From contig CM119371.1 of the NCBI GenBank assembly GCA_051294905.1, positions 17,920,001 to 17,984,000 on the forward strand: a DNA stretch of 64,000 nt, read 5' to 3'. The stretch comes from Botryllus schlosseri. Its lineage: Eukaryota. This document shows positions 40,706 through 52,865 of this stretch, piece by piece. Positions within the stretch are counted from its first letter, which is position 1; each line of letters opens with the position of its first letter. The position numbers and the translations under genes are program-made. Below the pieces are notes generated by a model. That model was not told the DNA's origin, did no database searches, and was given only the letters and a program-made list of their open reading frames with translations.

Positions 40706-42093
40706 AGGATTGGTACGTCCTGACTTTTATGTGGCTGGTGGGAGTATTCGCGATATTCGGAAACTTCATGGTAATCGTGAAAACTCTGCAGTCATTGCTC
40801 AAGCTTCATTGCATTTACCCGTGGACTAAGTTACAAACGCTAGCTATGTCTCTAATATCACCAAATCTACCACGATTAGCTAACAATAACAGCCACTTCA
40901 AGGTTGAAGATAACCCACGCAAAATTAAGACTAGAAGCGTAACGAACGGGCGAACAAAGTCGATTCGTATCTGGCACAGCGTTTTCATACTGAACCTCAC
41001 GACGGCCGACTTTTTAATGGGGTTATATTTGATTATTTTGGGAATCAAATCGTTGTCGACGACTTCAAACTATTGGGAGCACGACAGATCGTGGAGGAGC
41101 AGTGTTCTGTGCCAGTCTCTCGGCGTGATGGTGGTTTTGTCGAGCCAAACCTCGGTACTGACCCTTGTGGGTTTGACGACCCTACGTCTGGCGACTGTCG
41201 CGAAACCATTCGGGCTGCGACTTCTGGAACGGGGGAAAGTGCTGGTTGCGGTGTGCGTCGCAATATGGGTCGTATCACTGTTTATTGCGATTGTCCCGGT
41301 TTTGCCAGGTACCGCGTATTCGTACGCTACGGAAGCTTGGATAACTTTGCCCCACGTACGCCCGCCTGTCGTAAACCGCACGGCTGCCCACGTCATTTTC
41401 CTGAAGACTATCGCGTTTTCAAATAACTCAGTCGGATTCGTTCATCCACCAAACGATATGTCCTGGGGTGAGCTAGAGGAATTATCCGCGGATTTGTTTC
41501 CCTCGGATTCGCATTGGAAATACTTCGGTTTTTACAGCGCGCACAGTGTTTGCCTGCCGACGCTTTTTGTTTCGATTGGAGACGTGGCTTGGAAGCACAC
41601 GGCTGCGTTTCTATCGCTGAATCTAGTCGCTTTTATGTACATCCTCGCCGCGTATGTCATCATATACCGATGGTCGAAAAGAAGCACGAATATTCAACGC
41701 AACGCTGCGGAAGGACGCCCCGAAAGTGTCGTCGAAACACCCGCACATAAACACAAAAAAGTGCCGTCTACAGGTTTTCGGAAGTTTCGAAAATCGCGGA
41801 AAGACAGCCTCTCCGCGAAAAGTGAAAACTCGACCGCAAATAAAATCTCTATTAAAAAACATAGGGATATGCAGAGGATGCAGGTCAGCATATTCCTGCT
41901 GGTATCCACCGATTTCAATTGCTGGATTACAATTTGCGTGCTCGGTTTCATGCATATGTTTGGGTTTGAGATATCGAGCACCGCGTACACCGTGTCGGCC
42001 ATCGGGCTGCTCCTGGTCAACAGCGCGCTAAATCCGATTCTTTATTCGGACTGTTTGTGCGTGATTCCCAAATTGTTCTGCCGCCGTAAGTGA
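40699..42093 (+). CDS. LDLa-GPCR copy B 7TM domain (class A; LGR/RXFP/GRL101-like), out of frame with its ectodomain
   Basis: W..G.FA..GN (TM1), NL..ADFLMGLYL (TM2), W.SS.LC (ECL1), S..SVCLP (ECL2), TDF.CW (TM6), NSALNPILY (TM7). Single long exon. Confidence 0.88.
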   Translation: MVKDWYVLTFMWLVGVFAIFGNFMVIVKTLQSLLKLHCIYPWTKLQTLAMSLISPNLPRLANNNSHFKVEDNPRKIKTRSVTNGRTKSIRIWHSVFILNLTTADFLMGLYLIILGIKSLSTTSNYWEHDRSWRSSVLCQSLGVMVVLSSQTSVLTLVGLTTLRLATVAKPFGLRLLERGKVLVAVCVAIWVVSLFIAIVPVLPGTAYSYATEAWITLPHVRPPVVNRTAAHVIFLKTIAFSNNSVGFVHPPNDMSWGELEELSADLFPSDSHWKYFGFYSAHSVCLPTLFVSIGDVAWKHTAAFLSLNLVAFMYILAAYVIIYRWSKRSTNIQRNAAEGRPESVVETPAHKHKKVPSTGFRKFRKSRKDSLSAKSENSTANKISIKKHRDMQRMQVSIFLLVSTDFNCWITICVLGFMHMFGFEISSTAYTVSAIGLLLVNSALNPILYSDCLCVIPKLFCRRK

Positions 42094-45000
42094 CTTCCAA
42101 AGTGAATGTTGATTACTCGCACTACCAGGGATATCTAGATATCTAGATATCCCTGGCACTACTTCGTCAATTGGTTATCACTAGGGCAAGTTTTTGCTGC
42201 AGTCCAATACGTGGAAAGTTGTACTTATTTTTCATAAAAGTTGCAATAAAAAGTTGCATTTACGGAATAGTTCCTTGAAATTATCTGGATGTGAGATACT
42301 CGAATCGTTCCGTAATCAAGGCACTGTAGCAGAACTCAATGTTGTCGACTTCCACAAAATCAATAGGTTGAAAAAATTGATCATGTGAAAATATAATTTT
42401 CGGCGATCCAGCCTGAATGTTCTTCAAATCAGAAAGGACCTCAAATTTAAGCGACAGTGAAATAATTAGGCGACCTATTCACATGTAGTGCAAATTATTT
42501 CAGTAAAAGTTAGTTGCATGAAAAATCGAAAAAAAACAACTGGCAGAATATTGCATCAACAATTGAAAAAGTTGCATGAAAAAATGAAGAAAATTGCAAA
42601 AAGTTGCATTATAAGATTCCTCCAAACAGCTTAAAACACCATACCACATAACTTCTGAGTATTTAGGAGGCTGCCGGAAGTTGTGAAAAAAGTTTCAAAA
42701 GTTGTAAAAACTTGTCGTAGTCATGGCTATAGCCTAATAATATCATACCTCCACGTGTACTAGCAGTTGTTTGCACATGACTACGTCTGGGATAATTACG
42801 CAGGGCACTGCAAAATCATCACTTCTACTTGTACTTGTAGATGTTTACGACATTATTTCTACTTCAACTTGAGTACTTTGGACACATCTGCTGAATTTAA
42901 CCTCGAGAGGTATCGATAATTAGTGATTATGGCCTATATGTAGCGGTAAGAGGGTCACATATATATGATTACGTATGATTCACATATGGTTGATACCTGT
43001 CCGAGGTAATGGTGGCATAAGACTCCCTTGGACAAGACTCAATCGGGACATGCGGGCGGCCAGCTTGAATTTTTCAACCTGGTTTGAATAGGCGTAGTAT
43101 TATTCTGAATTACAGCTTCGGAACTCTGGAGACAAATATCTTTTCAGGGTTGCAACCAAGTCACAAGGTTCCGAGTCACAAGTCAATCATACTTTTATAG
43201 ATTTGACTTGAGTCAAGTCGAGTCATTTTTAGTTCACCCTCAAGTCAAGTCAAAGTCAAAGTCGGCGAGCAGAGGGCCGCGTCCGAGTCACAGTATTATG
43301 AGTCTCGAGTCCCAACCTATGTCATTATGTTTACTGTTCAATTTCGAGGTAAAGCCTTGCTAAACCCACTTTTTACAACTATGCTTGGTGATATCGAATG
43401 TTTCTATTTCATAATACGATACGTGACAGATCTACCCTTCCAGGACGAGTTTAACTGGGTGAGCACTAGGCATGCAACATGCATTACAAATACATTCTAC
43501 CTCTACCAGACTGATCTGCAATTCTGTATCACGTTTCGCTTTTTGGGTTATCTCAAATGTCAATGAATGCGCACAATTAAGCAATATTTCTACTTAATTT
43601 CACTTTTCGCGTTTGTTGTTTAGCTTTCTGTGACATGTACACAAGTGTCATCATGCCTAATACATATTATTTTGGGCGAAATGGTTCTCTGGACCTTCCA
43701 TATTAATATCGGCCAATGATATCAGTTATCGGCCCCGGAGTGTGTCAATAATCGGTATCGGCCTGCAAAATCAATATCGGTCGACCTCTACTCTGATCCG
43801 TGTACGGATCTTGTAAGTAATGTTGGCCGATACCATAGTTGACGTTTGGAATATTTGAATGCAAAATATGGGAATTTTGGCACATGTTGGTTGGCAGCAG
43901 AATTCTGCGTTTCTCATGTTGGCACTTTCTACTTTCTTCAACTGCAACAATTAGCACATTAAATCTGTAACAAGTGTTGTTTACTCGAGTACCTAACCAA
44001 GTATTAGAGGCTGTTAAAAATACAATTAGAGTACCCACATTTGTTGTCTTACGTCCGATGAATCTCTATCTTGCATTACATCGAATTATTAAGTCACTGG
44101 GCAGTTTATCTACTGAGCATAGCAATAACCTGTTTGTAGTGCGAACTACACCATTTAGGCTTAGACACGCTTTCCTGTTCTTGAACTGATGATATCAGGC
44201 CGACCCTAGATGGTTAAGTCATAGGCTTATATATAGCCTAGTTATTTGATGATGCCACTAAGCTTGCTGTTAGCTTGTTTGTGTAGTTCGTATCCGTCCC
44301 GCCTTTGTACTACAAACTCTGTAATATTGCACACCCTACTGATTTAGCTTAAGAACCCTTTGCAGAGCAAAATCAAATCCACCAAGAAGTTTGTCTTGCG
44401 ATATTCCGTCTGCAGCCTAATTTAAGCTTAATTAGACTGCTGAGACTTATTCTTCTTTTTGTATAAGGATAGTTGGGATATTCAAGATAATTTTATTTTA
44501 TTTCAGTCAGTTTGCCAATATTATAAGATTGCCCTAAAAGCCATCCCGCAGTTGGCAACCCTGGCCGATATAACTGTGCGTTAATCCTGAATCTTATGTA
44601 TGTATAATTATTCAAGAAGGTGAAAGTGTAGGCTTTGACAACCTCAAGGATACCGCAAGTTGTTATTGAAAGATATGAACATTTGTGTATTCCTGTATTG
44701 CATGGATCAGAAGTGAATGAAGCCTAAGCCTATCCATAAATAACCGTCATCAATTACTCGGATTGTGTGATTTGTATAGCAATGCATTCCTGTTTATAAC
44801 GCCCACCGAACTATCCAATCGGCTAACATATACCTTAGTACGGTGAAGCATATTTTCGAATGTTGTCAGAAAATGAACCAAAGGTGCTAGTCGCAACATT
44901 GATGCTACGATTCAAGTGCAGTTTCACTCTTTAGTGCGTTCTAAATGCGGACACATTCACATCGCGATGCCGTAACATGTCGATTTAGTGGAAAAGTGAT

Positions 45001-48000
45001 ATTTTGGATAAGCGTTCAGGATAGTTCTTAAAAACCCCCGGGCCATCCAAGCAAGTTCGTGTACAAAATCAAACAACGTATCTGGCGGAACAGGTCCTTA
45101 GTGCACTAGTGGACGTCAAAATGAAGAAAAGAAGTTGTTTTCCTGATGACACACTTGATGACCTGATTCGGGCGCCTTGGAGCAAGAAGTTGTGCCTAAC
45201 CTCTCTAAAATTTTCGAAAATATTCAGCAGCAACCGAGTCATTGACAAACCACCAGAGGTGGTCAGTAACGAAGTACTTCTACTTTTTGAAGCAGTTGAA
45301 GTAGATTTTGCCTACTCACACTACTTTTCAAGTAGTTATGATTTTAGACTACCTCTACTTGACAGTTTTCAGTTTTGTAGGAAAAAATAAGCGTAGAATA
45401 CCTACTTACTTACTTACTTGTGAACTACCACTCCTACTTCTACTCGAGTAGAAATTCCGGCGTTACTTCTACTTTTACTTGAGTAGAGACGTTGACTACT
45501 TTGACCACATCTGCATACCACTGGCCTACTTGTTGGACATTATTCAATTACACAACGGGTTTATTTCAATATGAATACACTATTGACTATTCATTCGTAT
45601 ATTGAAGCTCTGTACCTCCAAGAAGCTCTTCGAATACAAAAGTGAAAAGTTTCCTCATTTTGTTCTTGTGTAATAAATTTAGGCTGGCTTGTGCGAATGA
45701 AATTTATTTCTCAAAATAAAGTGCGAATCGAGCTCAAAAAAGTTGAAAAGTTCTGGGCTAGAATAAGGTGTGCCGTTAAATTTATAAGACGCTTCTCCGC
45801 AACTCTCGCCAACAGCTCCAACGATTTTGACCCATTTGAAAACTACGTTATTTTGATCTGGCGGCTTCATACGGCCGGCCTTTGACACAAATTCTCTCTG
45901 CCCGCGATGGAGTGTGTGATGCTACTCTGAGGTAACGAATGAAAAAAGATTTCATTCGGCGACGATTCTTCCGTTGGTGTCCAAACGAAGATTCTTTTGC
46001 AGACAATCAGAATTATCATTCTCCGCCCATAACTTAAGAACGGACACTGACATTGGTCGCTTGGGTGACCCTGTAATAGGGAAATTTGTTTTGTTGAAGT
46101 CCCGATATGGAACTTTGTATGCATCGTCAAGGCGTATTCCGTGCAGAAAACGACATATTTGACAATTGTGATATCTTCTCTTATAATGCGGGTGGTGTCG
46201 CCTTTCGGTCCGCCATCTGGAAAACCATTGTTCTGGTAAATTGAATGTATATTTATCAGCTATAGTACCGCAGTCAATATTCGTATACAATTAAGCACCA
46301 AATCTCATATTCCATTATATGCGACGCAGTCAGAAATAAAACTCGAGTTGCAGCTCCGAGTTATAAGGCTCAAAGTATTGAAATTCATTAGGACCGAATC
46401 GAGTCAGCAAACGATCATTTTGTATGTACTTAATGGTTCATTTTCGCTTGAATAGCCGCAGAAAGGGCATTTAATAAGAGTTTTCGTATAGTGCCACTAA
46501 TGAGGTAAATATAGCTTCACGATACATCCTCTAACGTTCGGTTTCGACACTGGCCATACCATTGGTTCCCAACGTGAACGATAACGTCTCTCAGTGGGCG
46601 ATTTTGAGATACAAGGGGGCGAGAAGGGCGAAAATTTTAAAATGATCAGTGAGATATATAAAATGCACGTGAAGACGATTTATTCTGCGTATAGGACGCG
46701 AAAAAGGGTAAACTCAATAGAAAGTAGACGCGGAAACCGGTTTTCCGAACACCTGTAACCTCGGAAATTTGGCCTATTTTAGTAAATTCACCAGCGATCA
46801 GAGTTAGGTGAATAAATTCCCCGTTTATATGGTATAGGGCCGTCACACGCACATCATGCACGGTATCAGGTCTCACATAATTTCATTAGTCAACCGGGTT
46901 AGATGAGAAAATATGTCTTGCAATTGCGAAAGTATACTTATAGTCTCATACAACTGACTACCTGAAGCATTCGTCCAAGACATTCACTTTTTCTAACTAA
47001 TAAACCTGAGTTCTTTTCACAACCATTTATTTTCGATATCTCCTTGAGGTAGCCGTAGCATATTTTGTGAATGGCGGCGTCTACACCCGATTGAGTATCA
47101 ATTTACGATATTATCTCCACATCTACGGGAGTAGCAATGCTGACTGCTTTGACCGCATCTATACTCAAATTCAACTGGTATATGAGAGTGAAGTGGCTAT
47201 AGCACTCCGAATCGAGGAAGTTGCCATACATGCGGTCAAGTAACGAGTTACTGCGATGTCTTTGTACGACGATGTAGTGGTATTGATTTCGGAATGTTGT
47301 AGGGTTACCATATTTTGGAACCGGGAAAAGAGGACACTTTTTCAAAATTTAGGCGTCCTCGGAAGACATTTTCAAAATCCCGAAAATAGAGGACAAATCC
47401 TCCCAAAGGAGGACGTGGTAATTGGTAAGGTGGTTTATTGTTATTTCAGCATCAACGTGTTTTATAAATGTTTTCCATGTTCAAGTTGTGCTCGTGAACA
47501 TTTGACCACCGATGTTTGATAGGAAAAGGACGTAGGTTATCTTTGTCCTTGATGTTTTTCGCCAATTATACACCGACTCATAATAAACATACTCACGATC
47601 TGTGCATATGCATACCATGAGTTCATGATGTACAAATGCCACTAGAAAAAGGAGGTGTGGATATAGCCTTGTAAGGCTTTCTAAGTCTTGCACCACCCAC
47701 CCATGCTATCCCAATAATGCATGAGCCCGAAACAGGGAAGTCATGGATACCAGTGTTACTAATCAGGTGTTTGGTCAAACCCGGTCGGGGATCGAACCCA
47801 CGACCTGCCGATCAAGAAGCCGGACCTTCACCATTACGCTACCTTGTCGGTGCTAGATATGGATTATCACACCTTCATTGCCTGGACCAAGATTTAGGTC
47901 GTCCGTAGCAGTACCTTAGTACAGTTTACCATACATTTGAAATCACGGAATTCGAATTTGGTGAAGCGCAAATTACGGGCAGCGGACGTGCATATTATTG

Positions 48001-48025
48001 TTACTTACGTAAAAGTATATTTCAC

Positions 48026-48535
48026 CTGAAATATTGCAGATAAGCAGTGTCGTTGCGATCCAAGTAGTTCAAATGGTCAATCAGATGCTGCATAGATGGA
48101 AAGTCTTCCACGAAAATGAATCCACTGGCGGGGATATGTGCTTCGTATACCTCTTTAGTAGAGCCCCATACAACCGGTACGACTCCGGCTATCAAGGCAC
48201 GGAAAAACTTCTCCGTCACGTAGTCTTTACAATGATAGGAATTCTCGAATGCGAAATAGAATTTGTATTGCGATGTGTATTCTATCATTTCATTTTTCAT
48301 GTAGTCATTTCGAGAAACAGGTGTTTTCCCAAAGCATCGCCCTAATGCTTCCAGCTTCAAACCCATTGTCAGCAATTTCTTGACATACGCAAGTCTGACC
48401 ACGGCCCCCGGAGTCAGATCGCAATTTGAAATTGCGATCAACGCTAGATGCTTCTTATTCGCCAGTGGCTTCTCCAATTCAGTTCCGGTTTCAACTGTTG
48501 CATTTCCGTAACTCAATTGAAAATCCGAGTCTCGT
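48026..48535 (-). CDS. Fucosyltransferase copy 2, catalytic exon (open frame)
   Basis: ORF 48022-48516 with YKFYFAFENSYHCKDYVTEK; near-identical to 1966-2475. Confidence 0.8.
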
Positions 48536-51502
48536 CTGTGGTTGGTACAATATCGAAGTGTTAATATTGGGATACGATATCGTACAGAAGTCCAATATCA
48601 TGTAGCGAACATAATTGTAGGAACATCTCACGTTTCAAACCACAGTAGGGCAGATTATGAGTCACAATGCTTATATTTCTAATTATGATACAGACCACAT
48701 CTCATTGTAAATCAGGGCTGTGTAGTCGGTAAATTGTACCACCGACTCCAACTCCTCTCCGACTACAGACCTTTTCATTATACCGACTCCAACTCCGACT
48801 CCACACATTTTCGATATACCGATTTCGACCAAATTTACCAAATTTCATGCCACAGTGACGGTTAAATGACTATCATATAACTATTAAACATATGCAAACA
48901 TTTGATTAACGATGGCCTGCAAAATTGTTTCTTTGTGGCACAGGTCGAATTATTCACTATGCCAGTAACATAAAAAGAATGCCTCTCTAAATATCCTTCC
49001 TTTCTTCATAGTTTATAAGTTTTTATAACATGGACTCTCTAATATCCTAATGTGTATGAATCATTGAAACATGACATATATCCATTCATGTATAATTAAA
49101 ATGTCCATAAAACAATCGAAGTGTAGCTCTTGTGTAATCGCTATGCACTGATACGAGACATCGTCAGCGCGCCAGTTCTTAGTCTTACCAATAGGTTAGT
49201 GACGCGTTGAACCCAATTTGATCAGCCTGTTGTAGCCAGTTGCCCCTAGACATATACGTTGGTGCCTCTGCGCAACGCCATATCCAATATTGATGCGGAT
49301 TCCGCCTGAAATGCAACCCAAAAGGAACAAACATAAACAGTAACAACGCGCGGTTACGATAATAATATTAATATTATTATTAATGCGCAACATTTCAGTG
49401 ACGCTTATCGCCATTTGTGACCTTTTGCATCACGACATTTGATATTGTAACGGTTCAATTTCAATGACTTCATATTTTCATTCGGTTGCAAGCGCTTCGA
49501 TCTTTCACTTTCATTCATCAGTCTCAGACTCTCTCACATCCATCCAACGAGTCTCTGGTGCCGACTTCGTACAGCGCGGCTTACTGTGTCTTGCGCTTTG
49601 ATATGCTGATAATGCCAGATGCGACACGGCAATTAGCGGGTTTAATACAATGTATAGTAATAATATTGTTAAGTTTTTCCACAGTGTAGGTGGCTAAGTC
49701 TTATTGTCGTAATTTATTAATGCTCCAATTATCTCTCCAGCTATCCAATATTGAACAATGAGCATAATTATTTTGCACAACGCAGAATTTTGGTACACAG
49801 TGTGTATTTAAGGTGGTTCAAGAAAAGAGATCCTACCTCACGATTATACCGCGGTATAAATTAATCACAACATATTATTCCAAATGATGCCTGAAAAACT
49901 ATAGCATAAGTACAAATGGAGTTTAACGGAACGTAGCCACATAGGAACGTTGATAGGTGTGAACGAAGTCTGATGGACCATGGACCGACAAGATTTTCTC
50001 ATTTTGAGCCGGATCCGGATCAGTAATTTTTCTGATACAGCCGGAGTCTGATCGGAGCCGGATAAGTACTTTTTACTAACAATATGACAGCCATACTTTC
50101 TTCCACCCTCGAATCAACAGTTAAAGGGAAATGCTGATGGAAATAAACCCCATGCTTAGTCCAAGTTGGCATAATTACTTCAGGCAAGGTTTGGTTTTGA
50201 TCTTTGAATTTCTAATGCCCTGTTTGCATTGTTTCAATCAATATTCAAAACCACACTGTGAGTAGATAATTACTATCGGAGATTTTCGGGCCGGATAACG
50301 GTCATTTCTAGAATCTGGCCCAGTAGTCGGACCGTAGCTTTAGAAATCACGACCGTAGTAGGACCAAAGAGTTTGTCGACCCGCTCCGCACTAGCACGAA
50401 GGTACGTATAGGATTTACAAAAATGCTTTAGTTTAATCGGCGACTCAATCACAACCGTCTGTTCCGCGACGTAATCAAGAATTAAACTAGCGAAATCTTT
50501 AATGTATACGGAGAACTAAACTTGTCGATTGATAGTTGTTTGTCTGTTTATTGGTATTCATGGCGCTTGTCGACTACTATGGTCATTTCCACCGGGCCGG
50601 TATTATTCATTTTTATTCCGTAACTGCCGACTTGCAGCCCGGCCCACTTCTAGGCTTTTTGTAAGACACCGCTTACGCTGATGATATGGTGAGGAGGAGT
50701 CTAGAGTAGACCTCGGTCGTACTCGAACACTCAACCCGTTGGTGCTGCAGCTGTGGATTACACCACTACGCTATCTCGCCAAGCGTCGGTTGATATAGTA
50801 ATGATAGGCTCGAATCGGTTCCGGATTGAAACACAGAATTTACGAAATCCTGTTCAGTTGGTATGAAGTCAAGGGGAATATTCGATCTGTATCCCGAGAA
50901 GTGAATTTTTGAATTGCGGGGTCGGTCATCACCTTTAGGGTGTGAATGCACACTTTTTCGCTAAGAATGCAGGGAAGGTGTCTACCGTGCGACTTTTCGC
51001 TTCAGGTCCACCGTCAAGCATTTGGTTACTCACTTCACTCGTGGAATATCTCGCAGGTTGGCTCGATCATAATGAATGATGACGGCCTCAGTTCTGTTGT
51101 CGCTTATCTGCAATCATATTGATATAAATGTATGTTGGCGTGCTCCTAACGACATAGTACAAGCGGACGTGGATAAGTAACAGTAGCAAAACTTCTGCCG
51201 GAAGGTTGCGTAGGTAGACAATAAATACGTGAGTGGCAAATAGGTTTAGTAACCAAATTTCCACCATGGCTTAATGTGCCACCTGCGCTTCCTGGTTGCA
51301 AATTTTGCTTCAACACCCATCCCAATTTGCGAAAACGAGTACCATACACAAATTCTTATAATGTAGATGCATACAAGGATTGTTTTTGTTGTAGTATTCA
51401 TGTTATTTTTCGATTATACACTGGCCATTTACATACGGCCCACATTCTTTGTCATGATTTCATAGCTGCCGACTCTTAGCGACAATAGCGACCCATTTTT
51501 AG

Positions 51503-52003
51503 TAAAGGTCGACCAATTGTCGACATGGCCGATTATCGAGGCAGATATTTTATATTCTGAAAAAAATCAAAAATGTTTGGAAATTCAATGCTCCGTGTTC
51601 TCAATCTCGAGAAATCGACGACGCAAAGTGCGATATATGACAGATTTACCCTTGCAGAACGAGTTTGGCTGGGTGAGCATGCAGAGAAACTATGCTTCCT
51701 GCATCACAATCTACCTTTTCTGGACTGATCTGCAATTCTGTATCGTATTTTGCTTTTTGGGTTATCACAAATTTCAACGAATGTGCACAATTAAGCAATA
51801 CTTCTTGTCAATTTCAGTTTTCTCGTTTGTTGTTCAGCTTTTTGTGGCATGTACAACTGCCATCTTGCCAAATATATAATATTTTTGGTGAAATTGTTCT
51901 CTGCTCCTTCCATATTAATATCGGCCTATGATATCGGTATCGGCCTTGTGAGCGAGCCGATATATCGGTATTGGCCTGTAAAAATCAATATTGGTCGACC
52001 TCT
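51503..52003. mobile_element. hAT-type MITE specific to duplicate copy 2
   Basis: TIR TA(A/G)AGGTCGACCAAT; near-TSD ATTTTTAG/ATTTCTAG; relative at about 43395-43790. Confidence 0.7.
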
Positions 52004-52672
52004 AATTTCTAGGCTTCTATAAGACTCCGCTTACGCCAGTGGTTCTCTACCTCATTGTGTTCTCGTCCCCACCCTCTTTAGACCGTCTCTAATCCCCACG
52101 GACACCCCGGTTTTAACTCGATTATCATGCACATGTGTTTTGTGCAAATATTAATTGTAGGCTAGTGATTGACAGCAACAAAATGACTTTTCTTGAAAAA
52201 CAAAACATGGTACCATTTATGAAGAAAATGGGAAGACTCTTATTATTTCAAAGCAAATTCTGCAGCTGCATTTCTGGATAATCCTTCCGGTCGATTTGAT
52301 ATGAACGAGTGCCGAAATCCACAAAGATAGGTGGTGCAGTGACGAATGTAACAACAACGCTTAACGCTCCCTTCGGGTGTAATTGCAACATATATATATG
52401 GCACCAAAATTGAGACACATATTTTTAATGAACATATAACGTCCAGCCTAGCCATTGCTATCGAGCAGCACATCTTAAGGATACTCCGTAATAGCGGGTA
52501 TGTATATTACAGGGGAAAATGGAATTTTGTAAGTATTTTATCCAAAGCCCTAATAAAACATCTGTAAACTGCAACAGCGGTTTAAGCGGTCCACATGGCG
52601 AGAATGGGCCTATATATTGATAAACTTCCAAAGTCGGTGAGACTCGAACCCGCAACCCATTGGTGTTGCAAC

Positions 52673-52865
52673 CAATGTTCCCTCTAAGCTGCGCACGTGC
52701 GCAAATGCGCAGTGCTGACACGGTCTCTGCGCACAGAAAATCTAAGTTGCGCACAAAAAATCCGAAGTGATGACCTTTTTTTAGTCGTTACGCACTATTG
52801 TCCAAGGGTCTGCGCAGTAAGTTGGTGAGTGTGCGCAGACTCCTCAAATATTAAAGGGAACATTG
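52673..52865. mobile_element. Small hAT MITE inserted in a SINE
   Basis: TIR CAATGTTCCCT; TSD GTTGCAAC; absent at the equivalent copy 1 site near 8915. Confidence 0.85.

Noticed and set aside
39799..42031. Alternative-frame and antisense ORFs over the GPCR
   Set aside because: Expected by-products of a GC-richer coding exon; no independent motifs.
39651..42093. GPCR as a processed retrocopy
   Set aside because: Both copies keep a homologous phase-1 intron after the leader exon, and no poly-A tail or TSD was seen.
48533..49191. Split TGA as a selenocysteine codon
   Set aside because: The homologous residue is a conserved Arg, not Cys. CGA>TGA is a common mutation, and no SECIS could be supported.
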